A stretch of DNA of 64,000 nt from Candidatus Omnitrophota bacterium (GCA_028865345.1 JAGWKL010000002.1:665-64664); one strand, 5' to 3'; positions 18,456 through 28,347 are shown, numbered from the stretch's first letter. The notes: a model not told the origin generated them from the sequence alone. Made by a program: numbers and translations.

Positions 18456-19289
18456 TCAGGGCCTCTTGGGAAATTTAGAAAAATCCGGTTTGCGTTTCTG
18501 CACAAAGGCATTACGGCCTTCCTGGCCCTCTTCAGTCATATAAAATAAAAGCGTGGCATTGCCCGCCAGCTCCTGCAAACCGGCCTGCCCGTCGCAATCC
18601 GCGTTCATGGCGGACTTGATGCAGCGGATGGCCAAAGGCGAATGCTGCAAAATTTCTTTGGCCCAACGGACGGTCTCTTTTTCCAATTCTCTATATGGGA
18701 CGACCGTGTTGACCAATCCCATCTCCAGCGCCTGCTTGGCATTATACTGCCGGCACAAAAACCAGATCTCGCGCGCCTTTTTCTGGCCGACAATGCGCGC
18801 CATGTAGCTTGAGCCGAACCCTCCGTCGAAGGACCCCACCTTCGGGCCCGTCTGGCCGAAGACCGCGTTGTCCGCGGCAATGGAAAGGTCGCAGACCATA
18901 TGAAGGATCTGACCGCCGCCCACGGCATAACCCGCCACCATGGCAATGACGGGTTTCGGACAGGAGCGTATCTGACGTTGAAAATCCAGCACATTCAAAC
19001 GGTTGGTGCCGTCCTTGTCCTTATAACCGGCATCCCCTCGGATCTTCTGGTCCCCGCCGGAACAAAACGCTTCTCTGCCTTCACCGGTCAGGATGATGAC
19101 GCCCACCTTCTCGTCATCGCGGGCATCGTTTAAAGCGTCCATCATTTCTTTGACTGTAACCGGCGTAAAAGCATTGCGTCGCTGGGGACGGTTGATCGTG
19201 ATCTTGGCCATGCCTTCCATCTTTTGATATTTGATCTCTGTGTAGGACTTAGCCGTTTTCCAGGAGAATTTCGACATATTGACCCTCAA
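18456..19289 (-). CDS. menB: 1,4-dihydroxy-2-naphthoyl-CoA synthase
   Basis: Crotonase fold. [14 protein letters not shown] and [12 protein letters not shown] are typical MenB segments. Confidence 0.9.
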   Translation of the reverse strand: MRVNMSKFSWKTAKSYTEIKYQKMEGMAKITINRPQRRNAFTPVTVKEMMDALNDARDDEKVGVIILTGEGREAFCSGGDQKIRGDAGYKDKDGTNRLNVLDFQRQIRSCPKPVIAMVAGYAVGGGQILHMVCDLSIAADNAVFGQTGPKVGSFDGGFGSSYMARIVGQKKAREIWFLCRQYNAKQALEMGLVNTVVPYRELEKETVRWAKEILQHSPLAIRCIKSAMNADCDGQAGLQELAGNATLLFYMTEEGQEGRNAFVQKRKPDFSKFPKRP

Positions 19290-19291
19290 TG

Positions 19292-19630
19292 TTAATGGAC
19301 TAATGACCGCAGATTAAAAGACTCGCCTTTATAGCGGGGCAACAAATGGATATGCGCGTGCATGACGATCTGCCCGGCAGCCTCGCCGCAGTTGGCAGCG
19401 ATATTGAATCCATCCGGCTTATATTCCTTGGTCAGCAGTTCCTTGGCCTTTTGGATCAATGCAAAAACCGCTTTTATCTCTTCGGGTGTTGATTCAAAAA
19501 TAGTGGCATGGTGCCTCTTGGGTATGAAAAGCATATGCCCTTTGGTGATGGGGTGGATATCATAAACGCAATAGGCCAGTTCGTTTTCGAAGACTTTCGG
19601 CAGGTCCTTGCAAAATATGCACTCGTGCAT
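19292..19630 (-). CDS. HIT-family nucleotide hydrolase/transferase
   Basis: Histidine triad HAHIHLLP, 112 aa. Confidence 0.85.
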   Translation of the reverse strand: MHECIFCKDLPKVFENELAYCVYDIHPITKGHMLFIPKRHHATIFESTPEEIKAVFALIQKAKELLTKEYKPDGFNIAANCGEAAGQIVMHAHIHLLPRYKGESFNLRSLVH

Positions 19631-19660
19631 AGACTTAGCTCCTGAGATTGAATATAAAAT

Positions 19661-21082
19661 TTACCACGAAAGGGTTGGACAATACAAGCCCTTTATTTCC
19701 CTTTGCCACCAGGCGCCGGTGGCTTTCCTGGCCTTAAAACCGGTAAAATGATACTCCCAAAAAGTGGCCTGAATGTAGCGTGGCGGATGACCGGCAAAAG
19801 GGTCCTTCGCAAACAAGCGCAGTACCGACGGATCGCCTTTTAAGAGACAGCGCATCAGATTGATCAACCAGGGGTTCTGGCGCCAATTGCTTAAAGAGGC
19901 AAACCACATTTGCCAATCCAGCCGGGGCTGATAAGGCACGGCCCAACCGGGAGCCCTGTAAATATTCCCCGGTTTATAAGGAAATTCGTACGGCTTCCAA
20001 TGGCTGCCGTCATTGCTTCCTTCCAGAATTATTTCATTACGCCGGGTCGTCATCACCGCAAAAAGACCGTAGTTATTGATGCTGCGCAAAGGGCTAAGCG
20101 CGTCCACGAGTTTCTCCACAGGCAGCGGCAAAGCCATACCCGCGAATGAATTCGCAATAAGCCCAAGGCTTACGGTCAAGATGAGCGCGGCCACAAGACA
20201 GGTGACAACCTTATGGATAGCCCCTCCCTCTATGACCTTGGCCCCAGCCAGGGGAATAAACTTAAGATGCCCGTCGTCCAAAAGGAGCAGGCAAAGGCCT
20301 ATGGCCAAAAGATTGAAAAAACAATAATTACCCGTCAGCATGATCAAGGATTGCAACACGACGATCCCCCAGAAGGCGATCAACCTTGCCCGTCGCCCGA
20401 AAAAAATAAAAAACGGCACAACGAGCTCAATGATAAAAACAAAAAGGCAGGACAATTTTTCAAACCACAACGGCAACTGGGCCATATACCAACTGATCAC
20501 GTTAGGCAAAGGCTGTGTCCAATAATGGTAGGTCAAGGCGGTGAGATCGGCCCAGTGGGGGTCTCCGCTGGCCAGCTTGACGACTCCGGACTCGAACATC
20601 AGGCGGAAAAGCAGCCAGCGCAAAAGCCAAATAACAATGATGGAAGGACGCACAGAGGGCTTTAATTGGATGCCCAATGGCCGCGGAAAAAGAAAGATCA
20701 AAAGAAAGCCGGCTTCCAGCAGCAAATTGTCCCACTGGAAACCTAAAAAGTCCTGGCCTGCGACCGTCAGGGACAAATAAAAAAGCCAGAGTAAAAAAGC
20801 TGACAACCCCGGCATGATCCCGAACAAAAGCAGGATGGAAAGCGCCGCCCCGCCCCAGCACAAAAACAACAAAAACCAGTCGCTATGATTCAGCCAGCAA
20901 AGGGTGGGGACAAGCCAAAAACGGCCGCCTCCTGCCTCTCCCTGCACAGAACGCAGAAAATCCCCGATGGGCAAAACGCCTTGGTGGCCGATAAGGCCCA
21001 ATACCTGCACTCCTAATGACCAAAAGGCCGCCAGATAAATCAAAGCCATCCATCGGCTGAAAACCCAGGCAGTAAGGACCAT
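19661..21082 (-). CDS. Lipase-maturation-factor (LMF1)-like polytopic membrane protein
   Basis: About 10 TM helices. The C-terminal soluble part (LLKGDPSVLRLFAKDPFAGHPPRYIQATFWEYHFT) resembles the conserved LMF C-terminus, from memory. Confidence 0.6.
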   Translation of the reverse strand: MVLTAWVFSRWMALIYLAAFWSLGVQVLGLIGHQGVLPIGDFLRSVQGEAGGGRFWLVPTLCWLNHSDWFLLFLCWGGAALSILLLFGIMPGLSAFLLWLFYLSLTVAGQDFLGFQWDNLLLEAGFLLIFLFPRPLGIQLKPSVRPSIIVIWLLRWLLFRLMFESGVVKLASGDPHWADLTALTYHYWTQPLPNVISWYMAQLPLWFEKLSCLFVFIIELVVPFFIFFGRRARLIAFWGIVVLQSLIMLTGNYCFFNLLAIGLCLLLLDDGHLKFIPLAGAKVIEGGAIHKVVTCLVAALILTVSLGLIANSFAGMALPLPVEKLVDALSPLRSINNYGLFAVMTTRRNEIILEGSNDGSHWKPYEFPYKPGNIYRAPGWAVPYQPRLDWQMWFASLSNWRQNPWLINLMRCLLKGDPSVLRLFAKDPFAGHPPRYIQATFWEYHFTGFKARKATGAWWQREIKGLYCPTLSW

Positions 21083-21094
21083 GATTTTATCGAA

Positions 21095-21358
21095 TTAAAC
21101 TTTCAGGCTGCGTTCGAGTTCTTCGACGTCTTTTTTGGCTTTAAGGGGTGTGGTTTGAAAAATCTCGCAATAAAGCTGGATGGCCAGCTCTTTTTCACCT
21201 TCCATTAATAAATGACGGACATCGAACATGGTCCCACGGCCTTTGGCCGGCAGCTTACCACGGCGCCCTCCCGACAAAAGCCTGGCGCGCCAGGCGCTTA
21301 ACAGTACCAGGACACACGCTGAAATAATGAGAATTGTATATAAAACAGCCATAGGCAA
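21095..21358 (-). CDS. Small single-pass membrane protein of unknown function
   Basis: N-terminal TM helix (AVLYTILIISACVLVLLSAW) and a short helical C-terminal domain. Confidence 0.45.
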   Translation of the reverse strand: MPMAVLYTILIISACVLVLLSAWRARLLSGGRRGKLPAKGRGTMFDVRHLLMEGEKELAIQLYCEIFQTTPLKAKKDVEELERSLKV

Positions 21359-21368
21359 CCTTTTTTAT

Positions 21369-21602
21369 CTATTCGTTAGCCAGGCTTTCTTTAGCTTCCT
21401 TGGCAAAATCATCGACGACCTGCTTGATCTCCATCTCGGCCTTGTCGATCTTGGCCTTGCACAGCTTAATAAGGCCCACAGCCTCCTTGACCCGCAGGGA
21501 CAATTCATCGACGTCTATCTCATCACTCTCTATTTGACCTATAATTTCATCCAGCCGTTGGACGGCCTTGCTGTATTTGGCTTCAGCCACTCTTGACCTC
21601 AC
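21369..21602 (-). CDS. xseB: Exodeoxyribonuclease VII small subunit
   Basis: 77 aa, with the LDEIIGQIESDEIDVDELSLRVKEA pattern, immediately downstream of xseA. Confidence 0.85.
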   Translation of the reverse strand: MRSRVAEAKYSKAVQRLDEIIGQIESDEIDVDELSLRVKEAVGLIKLCKAKIDKAEMEIKQVVDDFAKEAKESLANE

Positions 21603-22896
21603 TATTAATTATACCATCAATCAATTCCGTTGCGATGCTTTTGACTTGGTGCGCATCCTCGACGCTCCTTATCAGACGGCCGTCTTGGGCCCTGGTGATG
21701 CTGAACCCGCGCTTGAGGATGTTCTTAGGCTCCGCCATTTGGGCCAGTTTCTGATAATGATTTATTTTAGTCCGTGAATTTTGAAGGTGCAAATAAATAA
21801 TTTTCTTTAGACGTGTTCCGGTATCTTTGAGGCGGTTTTTAGCTTCTTTCATCCTTGCGGAAGGTGTGCGTTGGATGGCAGAGGCCAGGCCAAAGAGGTG
21901 CTGGTGATGGCGCCTGACCAAGCCCAGTGTCTGGGTTTGCAGCACCACCGCGCTGTCTTTGAGGCGAAGCCGCCTGGTCTTGAAAACCTGGCGTAACGCC
22001 TCGAAAAAACGTCCCCGGCGATCTTCGACACCTTGGGCAAATGTATCCATCCGGTCCACCAGAAATTTGGCAACGGCCGTCGGCGTTTTGGCGAAAGTAT
22101 GGGCCGCCAGGTCCGTGACCGTGGTGTTGATTTCATGGCCGATACCGCTTAAGACCGGAATCCCTGTCTGGGCAATGGCCGTGGCGATCTTCTCATTGTC
22201 AAAACAGCTTAACTCGGCGATGGAGCCTCCGCCTCTCGTTATGACGACCGCATCCACGTCCTTGGGCATGCCTGCAAAAATTTTCAAGGCTTTAATGACG
22301 GAACTTTCCGTATTTTTCCCCTGCATGACGGAGTCGGCCAGAAATATCCTGAACGCATAGCCGCTCTTCTTTAATTCCGATATAAAATCATGATAGGCCG
22401 CGGAATCATAGGAGGTAACAAGGCCGACGTTCAAAATCAATTCAGGAAGCTCGAGTTGTTTGTTCTTGTCCAATATCCCCTTTTGTTTGAGAAGCGCGAT
22501 CAGGCGCTGGCGGTCCTGGGCGATCTTGCCCAAGGTATGGACAGGGTCAATGGCCTCCACGATCAGGCGCACCTGGCCATGGCCGGGATAAAAATCCACC
22601 TTGCACAGAAATTTAACCTCGATGTCGTCCTTGAGTTGGAAAGCATTCTCCGCTTTTTTAAGGATGGCCTCGATTTTAGGACGGCTCTGGGCAAAGATCA
22701 CAAGCCCAATGCGGGCCGTGATGTCATGAGTTACGGGATCTTTTTCGCACAATTCAAAAAAGACGTGCTTCTTGTCCTTGCCGCGGTCATAACCCTGGAT
22801 TTCTCCGCAAACCCATAAACTGCGGGGAAATCCGCTGCTCAGGACATCGCGGATAAAGCGGTTTAACTCGGATACCGTCAAAAATTCATCACTCAT
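21583..22896 (-). CDS. xseA: Exodeoxyribonuclease VII large subunit
   Basis: N-terminal OB fold (LTVSELNRFIRDVL...LWVCGEIQ) and catalytic region VVITRGGGSIAELSCFDNE. Confidence 0.9.
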   Translation of the reverse strand: MSDEFLTVSELNRFIRDVLSSGFPRSLWVCGEIQGYDRGKDKKHVFFELCEKDPVTHDITARIGLVIFAQSRPKIEAILKKAENAFQLKDDIEVKFLCKVDFYPGHGQVRLIVEAIDPVHTLGKIAQDRQRLIALLKQKGILDKNKQLELPELILNVGLVTSYDSAAYHDFISELKKSGYAFRIFLADSVMQGKNTESSVIKALKIFAGMPKDVDAVVITRGGGSIAELSCFDNEKIATAIAQTGIPVLSGIGHEINTTVTDLAAHTFAKTPTAVAKFLVDRMDTFAQGVEDRRGRFFEALRQVFKTRRLRLKDSAVVLQTQTLGLVRRHHQHLFGLASAIQRTPSARMKEAKNRLKDTGTRLKKIIYLHLQNSRTKINHYQKLAQMAEPKNILKRGFSITRAQDGRLIRSVEDAHQVKSIATELIDGIINSEVKSG

Positions 22897-23318
22897 GATT
22901 TCAGCAAACCCAATTTGAGCATTTCCCGCTCAAGGTCCTGTCCGGCCAAAATGATCACCGCTTCCATTGCTTTAAGCTTTTGATCCAATTCGGATTTAAG
23001 AGCATGGAGCTTGCGGGCATTTTGGGCATTTTTATTGTTCACATCCCCGGCATACCAGGTCTCAAAATCTTTATACGCTTTTAAGGAACCGTTAAAGTCT
23101 TCCATGGCCGAACCGTATTTAAGAATGGTCTCATGACGCCTGATGATTTCCATGTCTTTGACCAGGCCCCAGGCATCCGTCAGAAATCCATGGGTGATGA
23201 ACTGCCGCTGGTCCATGACATAGAAGAATTCCAGGTTCTTCTCCATCTCAGCCAAAAGATCATAGAGACTCTTACTTAACTGTTTTTCTGCTGCGTATTT
23301 CTTAAATATCGAAAACAT
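22893..23318 (-). CDS. Hypothetical helical protein, translationally coupled to xseA
   Basis: 141-aa ORF with a 4-nt overlap onto the xseA start. I recognise no motif. Confidence 0.45.
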   Translation of the reverse strand: MFSIFKKYAAEKQLSKSLYDLLAEMEKNLEFFYVMDQRQFITHGFLTDAWGLVKDMEIIRRHETILKYGSAMEDFNGSLKAYKDFETWYAGDVNNKNAQNARKLHALKSELDQKLKAMEAVIILAGQDLEREMLKLGLLKS

Positions 23319-23420
23319 GCTCCTCCAGACTTCTCGGCATTACAGGGCACATCTTAAACCAAGAATTTGGGGGACACAATACTTAATTCATGATAAAATC
23401 CTCAACAAATAAAACCTTAC

Positions 23421-23442
23421 GACCTGTCCCCAGACTCGGGGA
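23421..23442 (+). repeat. 22-bp element GACCTGTCCCCAGACTCGGGGA (left copy)
   Basis: It is the exact reverse complement of 30011-30032. It contains the internal hairpin TCCCC-N6-GGGGA and lies 21 nt upstream of the 23463 ORF start. Confidence 0.9.
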
Positions 23443-23462
23443 AAACCAAGAAATAGGGCCTT

Positions 23463-24623
23463 TTGAAGATCTCCCCCCATTTTAAAAGACACCGTTTCCG
23501 GACGCGAGTGATCAGGAAAATCGAAGAAATACCCGCCGAACAATGGGGCAAGGTCTTTCCTGACGTCCCGGAGAACTATTATTTTCTAAAAACCCTGGAT
23601 GAATCGAAATTCAACCAGTTCTCGTTCTATTATGTGCTGGTCTATCGCGGCCAACAACTCGTGGGCTGCGCCCCTTGTTTCCGGGTTGATTATTCCCTGG
23701 ACACCAGCATCAGCGGTCCCTTGCGCCGCCTCACCAACGCAATTACAAAAAAATTCCCCCGGCTTTTGAGCATCAGGGCCCTGGTTTGCGGCATTCCCAT
23801 GGGGCAGGGACAAATGGGGATCGCAGGATTCTCCTCGGCCGTATTCGAAGCCATTGAAAAGCGGATGGAATCCCTGGCCCGCAAACTCCACGCCCCCCTC
23901 ATTGCCTTTAAGGATTTCGACCGCTCTTATGATAAATTCTTCCATCCCCTGCTTCAGGATGACTTCATGAAGATCGACAGCCTGCCCATGACCTGCCTGA
24001 AACTTGATTTTTCCAGTTTTGAAGATTATCTAAAAACCTTGAGCAGCGCCACCCGTTATGACGTACGCCGGAAACTTAAAAAGGCCTCCGGCGCAGCCAT
24101 TGAACCGATGATCACCGATACCCTGGATGAAAACACCTTGAATGAAGTTTATGACCTGTACCTGGCGGCTGTTGAGACCCATGATATGGGCTTTGAAATT
24201 GTCCCTAAAGAGTTTTTCCGGCTGATCTCCAAAAACATGCCGCAGGAGACCAAATTCTTTCTGTGGCGGATCAACGGCAAGTTGACTGCCTTTGTCTTCT
24301 GCCTGGTCTCCAACGGGAAGCTCCTTGATTATTATCTGGGACTGGACCACACCCTCAGCCACGAATTCCATCTGTACTTTGTTAAATTCAAGGAAGTCTT
24401 TGAATGGTGTAAAAAGCACGGCGTCCAATCTTACGAAATGGGCGCCACGGGTTATGAACCCAAACGCCGTCTTAAATTTGAATTTATCCCGGTCTATCTC
24501 TACGTCAAAAGCCGATATAAAATATTCAGTCCCTTTTTAAAAATTTTGAGTTCTCTTCTTAAATTCGAAAATTTCGACCCGGAACTGCGACGATGGAAAA
24601 AATCACGAAAGTCAACCAACTGA
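23463..24623 (+). CDS. FemAB-like / GNAT-fold acyl- or aminoacyl-transferase family protein
   Basis: 386 aa. The overall pattern resembles the FemAB-like GNAT proteins of unknown substrate (IPAEQW...FLKTLDES...YYLG). The start is TTG, with no internal Met for more than 100 codons. Confidence 0.5.
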   Translation: MKISPHFKRHRFRTRVIRKIEEIPAEQWGKVFPDVPENYYFLKTLDESKFNQFSFYYVLVYRGQQLVGCAPCFRVDYSLDTSISGPLRRLTNAITKKFPRLLSIRALVCGIPMGQGQMGIAGFSSAVFEAIEKRMESLARKLHAPLIAFKDFDRSYDKFFHPLLQDDFMKIDSLPMTCLKLDFSSFEDYLKTLSSATRYDVRRKLKKASGAAIEPMITDTLDENTLNEVYDLYLAAVETHDMGFEIVPKEFFRLISKNMPQETKFFLWRINGKLTAFVFCLVSNGKLLDYYLGLDHTLSHEFHLYFVKFKEVFEWCKKHGVQSYEMGATGYEPKRRLKFEFIPVYLYVKSRYKIFSPFLKILSSLLKFENFDPELRRWKKSRKSTN

Positions 24624-24976
24624 CGCTTAGAATCCTTTTATTTCTGGTGGCCAATGACCTTTTGGATACCGCCGGCCAATTACTCATGAAAAAAGGGATA
24701 GTCCATCCTTTTAATTTTGCCTGTCCCGATGCTTTCCTTTTTTGGCTGGGGCTGGCCATTTATATCTCCAATTTCTTTTTATGGATGAACATCCTCTCCA
24801 AGGTCGATTTGAGCGTTGCCCTGCCTCTGGCCAGCAGCAGCTATATTTTGATACCTGTAGCTGCCGTGGTTTTCCTGCACGAATATGTGCCGCCGTTGCG
24901 CTGGCTGGGCCTGGCAGCCATTGTGGTTGGTATTTACTTTGTGGCCCAAAGCAAATCCTCTAAGGGGGCCCCATGA
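24593..24976 (+). CDS. Small 4-TM EamA/SMR-like transporter subunit (ArnE/ArnF-like), first of a pair
   Basis: 127 aa with four predicted TM helices, overlapping the next similar gene by 4 nt. Confidence 0.6.
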   Translation: MEKITKVNQLTLRILLFLVANDLLDTAGQLLMKKGIVHPFNFACPDAFLFWLGLAIYISNFFLWMNILSKVDLSVALPLASSSYILIPVAAVVFLHEYVPPLRWLGLAAIVVGIYFVAQSKSSKGAP

Positions 24977-25341
24977 AAACCATTGTCCTTGTCTTTATCG
25001 CCGAATGCCTGATGACCACAGGGCAGATTTGCTTCAAAAAAAGCACCAACAGCTTCCATATACAAGAAACCACGCCGGCGGCATGGATCATCGGATTGCT
25101 GAAATGCGTCTTGAAACATCCTCTTCTTTGGATGGGGGCTGCTTTCATGCTTGTGGGGCTGGTCTTCTGGCTGGCTGCCTTGAGCAGCGGGCAATTGAAC
25201 TTTGTTTATTTGCTGGGGAGCGTCCAATACATCTTCGCGCTTTTTGCCGCGCACTTTTTTCTGCAGGAGAAAATCGATGCTCCCAAATTGGCAGGCACCC
25301 TGCTGATCACACTGGGAGTGATTTTAACGGCAATGAGTTAA
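24973..25341 (+). CDS. Small 4-TM EamA/SMR-like transporter subunit (ArnE/ArnF-like), second of a pair
   Basis: 122 aa with four predicted TM helices. The paired arrangement is typical of heterodimeric SMR-like flippases. Confidence 0.6.
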   Translation: MKTIVLVFIAECLMTTGQICFKKSTNSFHIQETTPAAWIIGLLKCVLKHPLLWMGAAFMLVGLVFWLAALSSGQLNFVYLLGSVQYIFALFAAHFFLQEKIDAPKLAGTLLITLGVILTAMS

Positions 25342-26744
25342 TCAGCCAGGGCTTTTTGAAGAGCCTCTTCAAAAAGCATGAGACTTAAATCAATTTCTTC
25401 TTCGGTAATATAAAGAGATGGGGCGATCGTAAAGACGTTCTTATAATAGCCGCCCACATCGAGCACCAGCCCGCGCTTCTTACCGCCGGCCGTCAACTCA
25501 CCTTTTAAACCGATGTTGACTATTTTATCCGTCAATTCCTGATTGGGTGTAAATCCGTCCTTTTGACAGATCTCCATACGTAGGGCGAGACCTAATCCTC
25601 CCACCTCGCCGATATGAGGATATTTTTTCTGAAGGGCCTGCAGTTTTTTCAGGAAATAGGCCCCCTTTTGGGGGACTGTGACATCAAAATTCGATTCCTC
25701 GATAAGGTCCATCACCGCCAGGCCGGCGGCCGTCCCTAACGGGTTTGAAGAAAATGTCGAATGGGTCATGCCCGGCCCAAAAATTTCCGGATTGATTAGC
25801 TCTTCCTTGGCCCATATCCCTGAAAGCGGGTTAAGGCCGTTGGTCAGGGCTTTGCCAAAAATAATGATATCCGGCACCACATCAAAATGCTCGATGGACC
25901 ATAACTTGCCCGTGCGATAGAACCCCATTTGAATTTCATCAGCAACAAATAATATATTATGTTTGTCCAGGGTCTTTTTTAATTCTTTAAAATAATTCTG
26001 TGGAGGGGCGATATAGCCCCCTGTCCCCTGTACCGGCTCGACAAAAAAAGCCCCGTATTCACAGTTATTATTCTTAGTATTGATGACGGAATAGTATTCA
26101 GACTCAAACATTTTCTGGAATGGCTTTAAACAGGACAGATCGCAGCAGTCTTTCTTATCATGGACCGCCGTACAGCGGAAACGATAAGGATAAGGGACAA
26201 AATGGGCCCGGTCGCCAAAATGCCCGTAATGCTCACGGTAACGGTAGCTGGAGGTTATGGCCGTTGCCCCGAAGGTGCGCCCGTGATAACTGCCCATAAA
26301 AGCGAACACGGGTATTTTGCCCGTATAATTGCGAACGACCTTTAGGGCGTCCTCTACGGCCTGCGCCCCCCCGACGTTAAAATGCACGCGCCCCTTGACA
26401 CCGAACTTCTTTTCGATGTCCTGGGAAATCTTGGTGGCCAGCATGATCTTTTCCTCATGCAGATACTGGCAGGCCAACTGGGGCAAGGTATCGATCTGCT
26501 TCTTAAGAGCATCATTAAGGCGTTTGTTCTTATAGCCGAAATTAGCGGCGGAATACCACATTTGAAGGTCCATGTATTCCGTTCCCCGGGCATCATACAA
26601 ACGCATACCTTGGGCATCGCAAAAAATATTCGGATGTTGGGCGCGATGAACGGTATCTCCCCATGAGCAGTATTTGGACTCCAAGGCACGCAACTCTTCC
26701 TCACTCATCGGCCCTGCTTTTTGTTCAACGGTTCTTCCGGCCAC
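25338..26744 (-). CDS. Class III (omega-type) PLP-dependent aminotransferase
   Basis: GGAQAVEDALK, FVADEIQMGFYRTG, and the PLP lysine in IIFGKALTNG. 468 aa. Confidence 0.8.
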   Translation of the reverse strand: MAGRTVEQKAGPMSEEELRALESKYCSWGDTVHRAQHPNIFCDAQGMRLYDARGTEYMDLQMWYSAANFGYKNKRLNDALKKQIDTLPQLACQYLHEEKIMLATKISQDIEKKFGVKGRVHFNVGGAQAVEDALKVVRNYTGKIPVFAFMGSYHGRTFGATAITSSYRYREHYGHFGDRAHFVPYPYRFRCTAVHDKKDCCDLSCLKPFQKMFESEYYSVINTKNNNCEYGAFFVEPVQGTGGYIAPPQNYFKELKKTLDKHNILFVADEIQMGFYRTGKLWSIEHFDVVPDIIIFGKALTNGLNPLSGIWAKEELINPEIFGPGMTHSTFSSNPLGTAAGLAVMDLIEESNFDVTVPQKGAYFLKKLQALQKKYPHIGEVGGLGLALRMEICQKDGFTPNQELTDKIVNIGLKGELTAGGKKRGLVLDVGGYYKNVFTIAPSLYITEEEIDLSLMLFEEALQKALAD

Positions 26745-27453
26745 TGGTCAATACCTCCTTAAAATAATGATGGACATCACTTAAATCCTTATAAGCAATA
26801 ACAGGCAGCCCTTCTTTGTTCATGAAATCCAATAAGGTGCCCTTGGCAAACACCACGTCGGACACGCGCGCCGGGCAAAAATCCGACCGGCCGTCACCCA
26901 CGTAAACAATCAGCTTATTTTCCGTCTTGTCCTTGGTCAAATGGATCTTCTTGCAATGGGCGCAGTTCAGGCAAAAAGGATTGTCGTAAGGAAAGGACGG
27001 AATAATACGGTCGCGATAGAAACGCAAGGAATTGGCGTAGACCTTCAGGTCCTTGATCCCGTGATAAGCCAGGATCCATTCGACGATATAGGTAAAATTA
27101 TCGCTCAGAATGACAGGCTTGACGCCTTCCCGGACAAGCAGGGTCAGAAACTGATGGAAATGCGGGTCAAGTTCAACCTTCCTGAGGAACTTATGCAAGG
27201 CATTTTTGGAAAGCCGCACATTTTTTAACTGCCCTGTCAGGCATTCCTTGGTGCTTATTTTCTCGTCTTCCCACGACTTTTCCAGGGCAGCCCACCGGTC
27301 ATTGATCGAAAAGCGCTGGATGACATCATCCAACACGTCCGAGGTGGTCATAGTATTGTCGAAATCAAAAAAAACCCGGCAGTTCGACAAAACAATGTGC
27401 GACTTAAACTGCGACGCTGATTCCAATTGATTGAGACGGTTGACAAATGGCAT
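26725..27453 (-). CDS. HAD-superfamily subfamily IB phosphatase (PSPase/MtnX-like)
   Basis: Motif I FFDFDNTMT and motif IV YVGDGRSD. Cys cluster CLNCAHCKK as in MtnX-type enzymes. I use ATG 27453, because the longer track ORF overlaps the upstream gene. Confidence 0.75.
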   Translation of the reverse strand: MPFVNRLNQLESASQFKSHIVLSNCRVFFDFDNTMTTSDVLDDVIQRFSINDRWAALEKSWEDEKISTKECLTGQLKNVRLSKNALHKFLRKVELDPHFHQFLTLLVREGVKPVILSDNFTYIVEWILAYHGIKDLKVYANSLRFYRDRIIPSFPYDNPFCLNCAHCKKIHLTKDKTENKLIVYVGDGRSDFCPARVSDVVFAKGTLLDFMNKEGLPVIAYKDLSDVHHYFKEVLTSGRKNR

Positions 27454-27457
27454 AGGT

Positions 27458-28345
27458 TTAGGCGGGGACCGGTTCTCCGGCAAAAAACCGTTGCATATGC
27501 AGGGCCACCGAATTGCGCTCCTGGTCAGCGGTGATAATATGATAGGAATTATATAAAAGCACAAGTTCTTTACGGTCGGATTTGACCCTGCTGTAAATAT
27601 ACTGGGAATTACGCACCGAGCTCATATCGTCATGCTTGGCCTGGATCAGTTGAACGGGCACGGATATCCCTTGAAGGCGGGCGCTTAAATGTTTAACCAG
27701 CTTTTCCAATTGGTACAATAAGGTCAATGGAAAGAAAGGATAGCCGTATTGATGCACTTGTTCCATATTATCAAGGTCAGCCTTAATATAAAATTCATGG
27801 ATACGGCGGCGCACGGCCTTATTCTTGATACCGTAAGGCGGCTCTTCCTTATAATAAAAGAAATATTTCAATGGGGTCTTATAGGCCAAAGGCAGCAGAA
27901 AGCTATACCAAGGCGTGTTCCACCCATCGTAGAAAAGGGTGGGCGAAAGACAACTGACGCCGGCGATTTCAGTTTTAAATTCATCCGCCAAAAGCAGGGC
28001 CAGCAAAGCGCCCATGGAAAGGCCTCCGGCATAGACATGCTTATATTGCCCCCGGATATTAAGATAAGATTGGCGCACCGTCTGATAAAAATCCTGCCAT
28101 TTGCTCATTTGCAGGATGTGGATCGGCGCTCCATGATTGGCCAGGCGCGGGCAATAAACGGCATAGCCCTGGCGGTTTAAAAAATTGGCCAGGAACCTCA
28201 TTTCATGGGGAGTGCCTGTCATGCCGTGGATCAGGATGATGGCATTACCGTTAGAACCGGGCAATTCAAAACCATTGTCGGGCAAATGCGGTTTTTCAGC
28301 AGGCTTGAAGAAACCTCTTAAATTGACAGAAAATCTAACGGCCAT
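27458..28345 (-). CDS. Alpha/beta-hydrolase (esterase/lipase/thioesterase type)
   Basis: HGMTGTP oxyanion region, nucleophile elbow GLSMGA, C-terminal His in YNSYHII. Confidence 0.75.
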   Translation of the reverse strand: MAVRFSVNLRGFFKPAEKPHLPDNGFELPGSNGNAIILIHGMTGTPHEMRFLANFLNRQGYAVYCPRLANHGAPIHILQMSKWQDFYQTVRQSYLNIRGQYKHVYAGGLSMGALLALLLADEFKTEIAGVSCLSPTLFYDGWNTPWYSFLLPLAYKTPLKYFFYYKEEPPYGIKNKAVRRRIHEFYIKADLDNMEQVHQYGYPFFPLTLLYQLEKLVKHLSARLQGISVPVQLIQAKHDDMSSVRNSQYIYSRVKSDRKELVLLYNSYHIITADQERNSVALHMQRFFAGEPVPA

Positions 28346-28347
28346 TT

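Noticed and set aside
27454-27564. N-terminal 37-codon extension of the HAD phosphatase ORF
   Set aside because: It overlaps the 3' end of the hydrolase gene. The HAD motif I (DFDNT) sits at the usual distance from ATG 27453.
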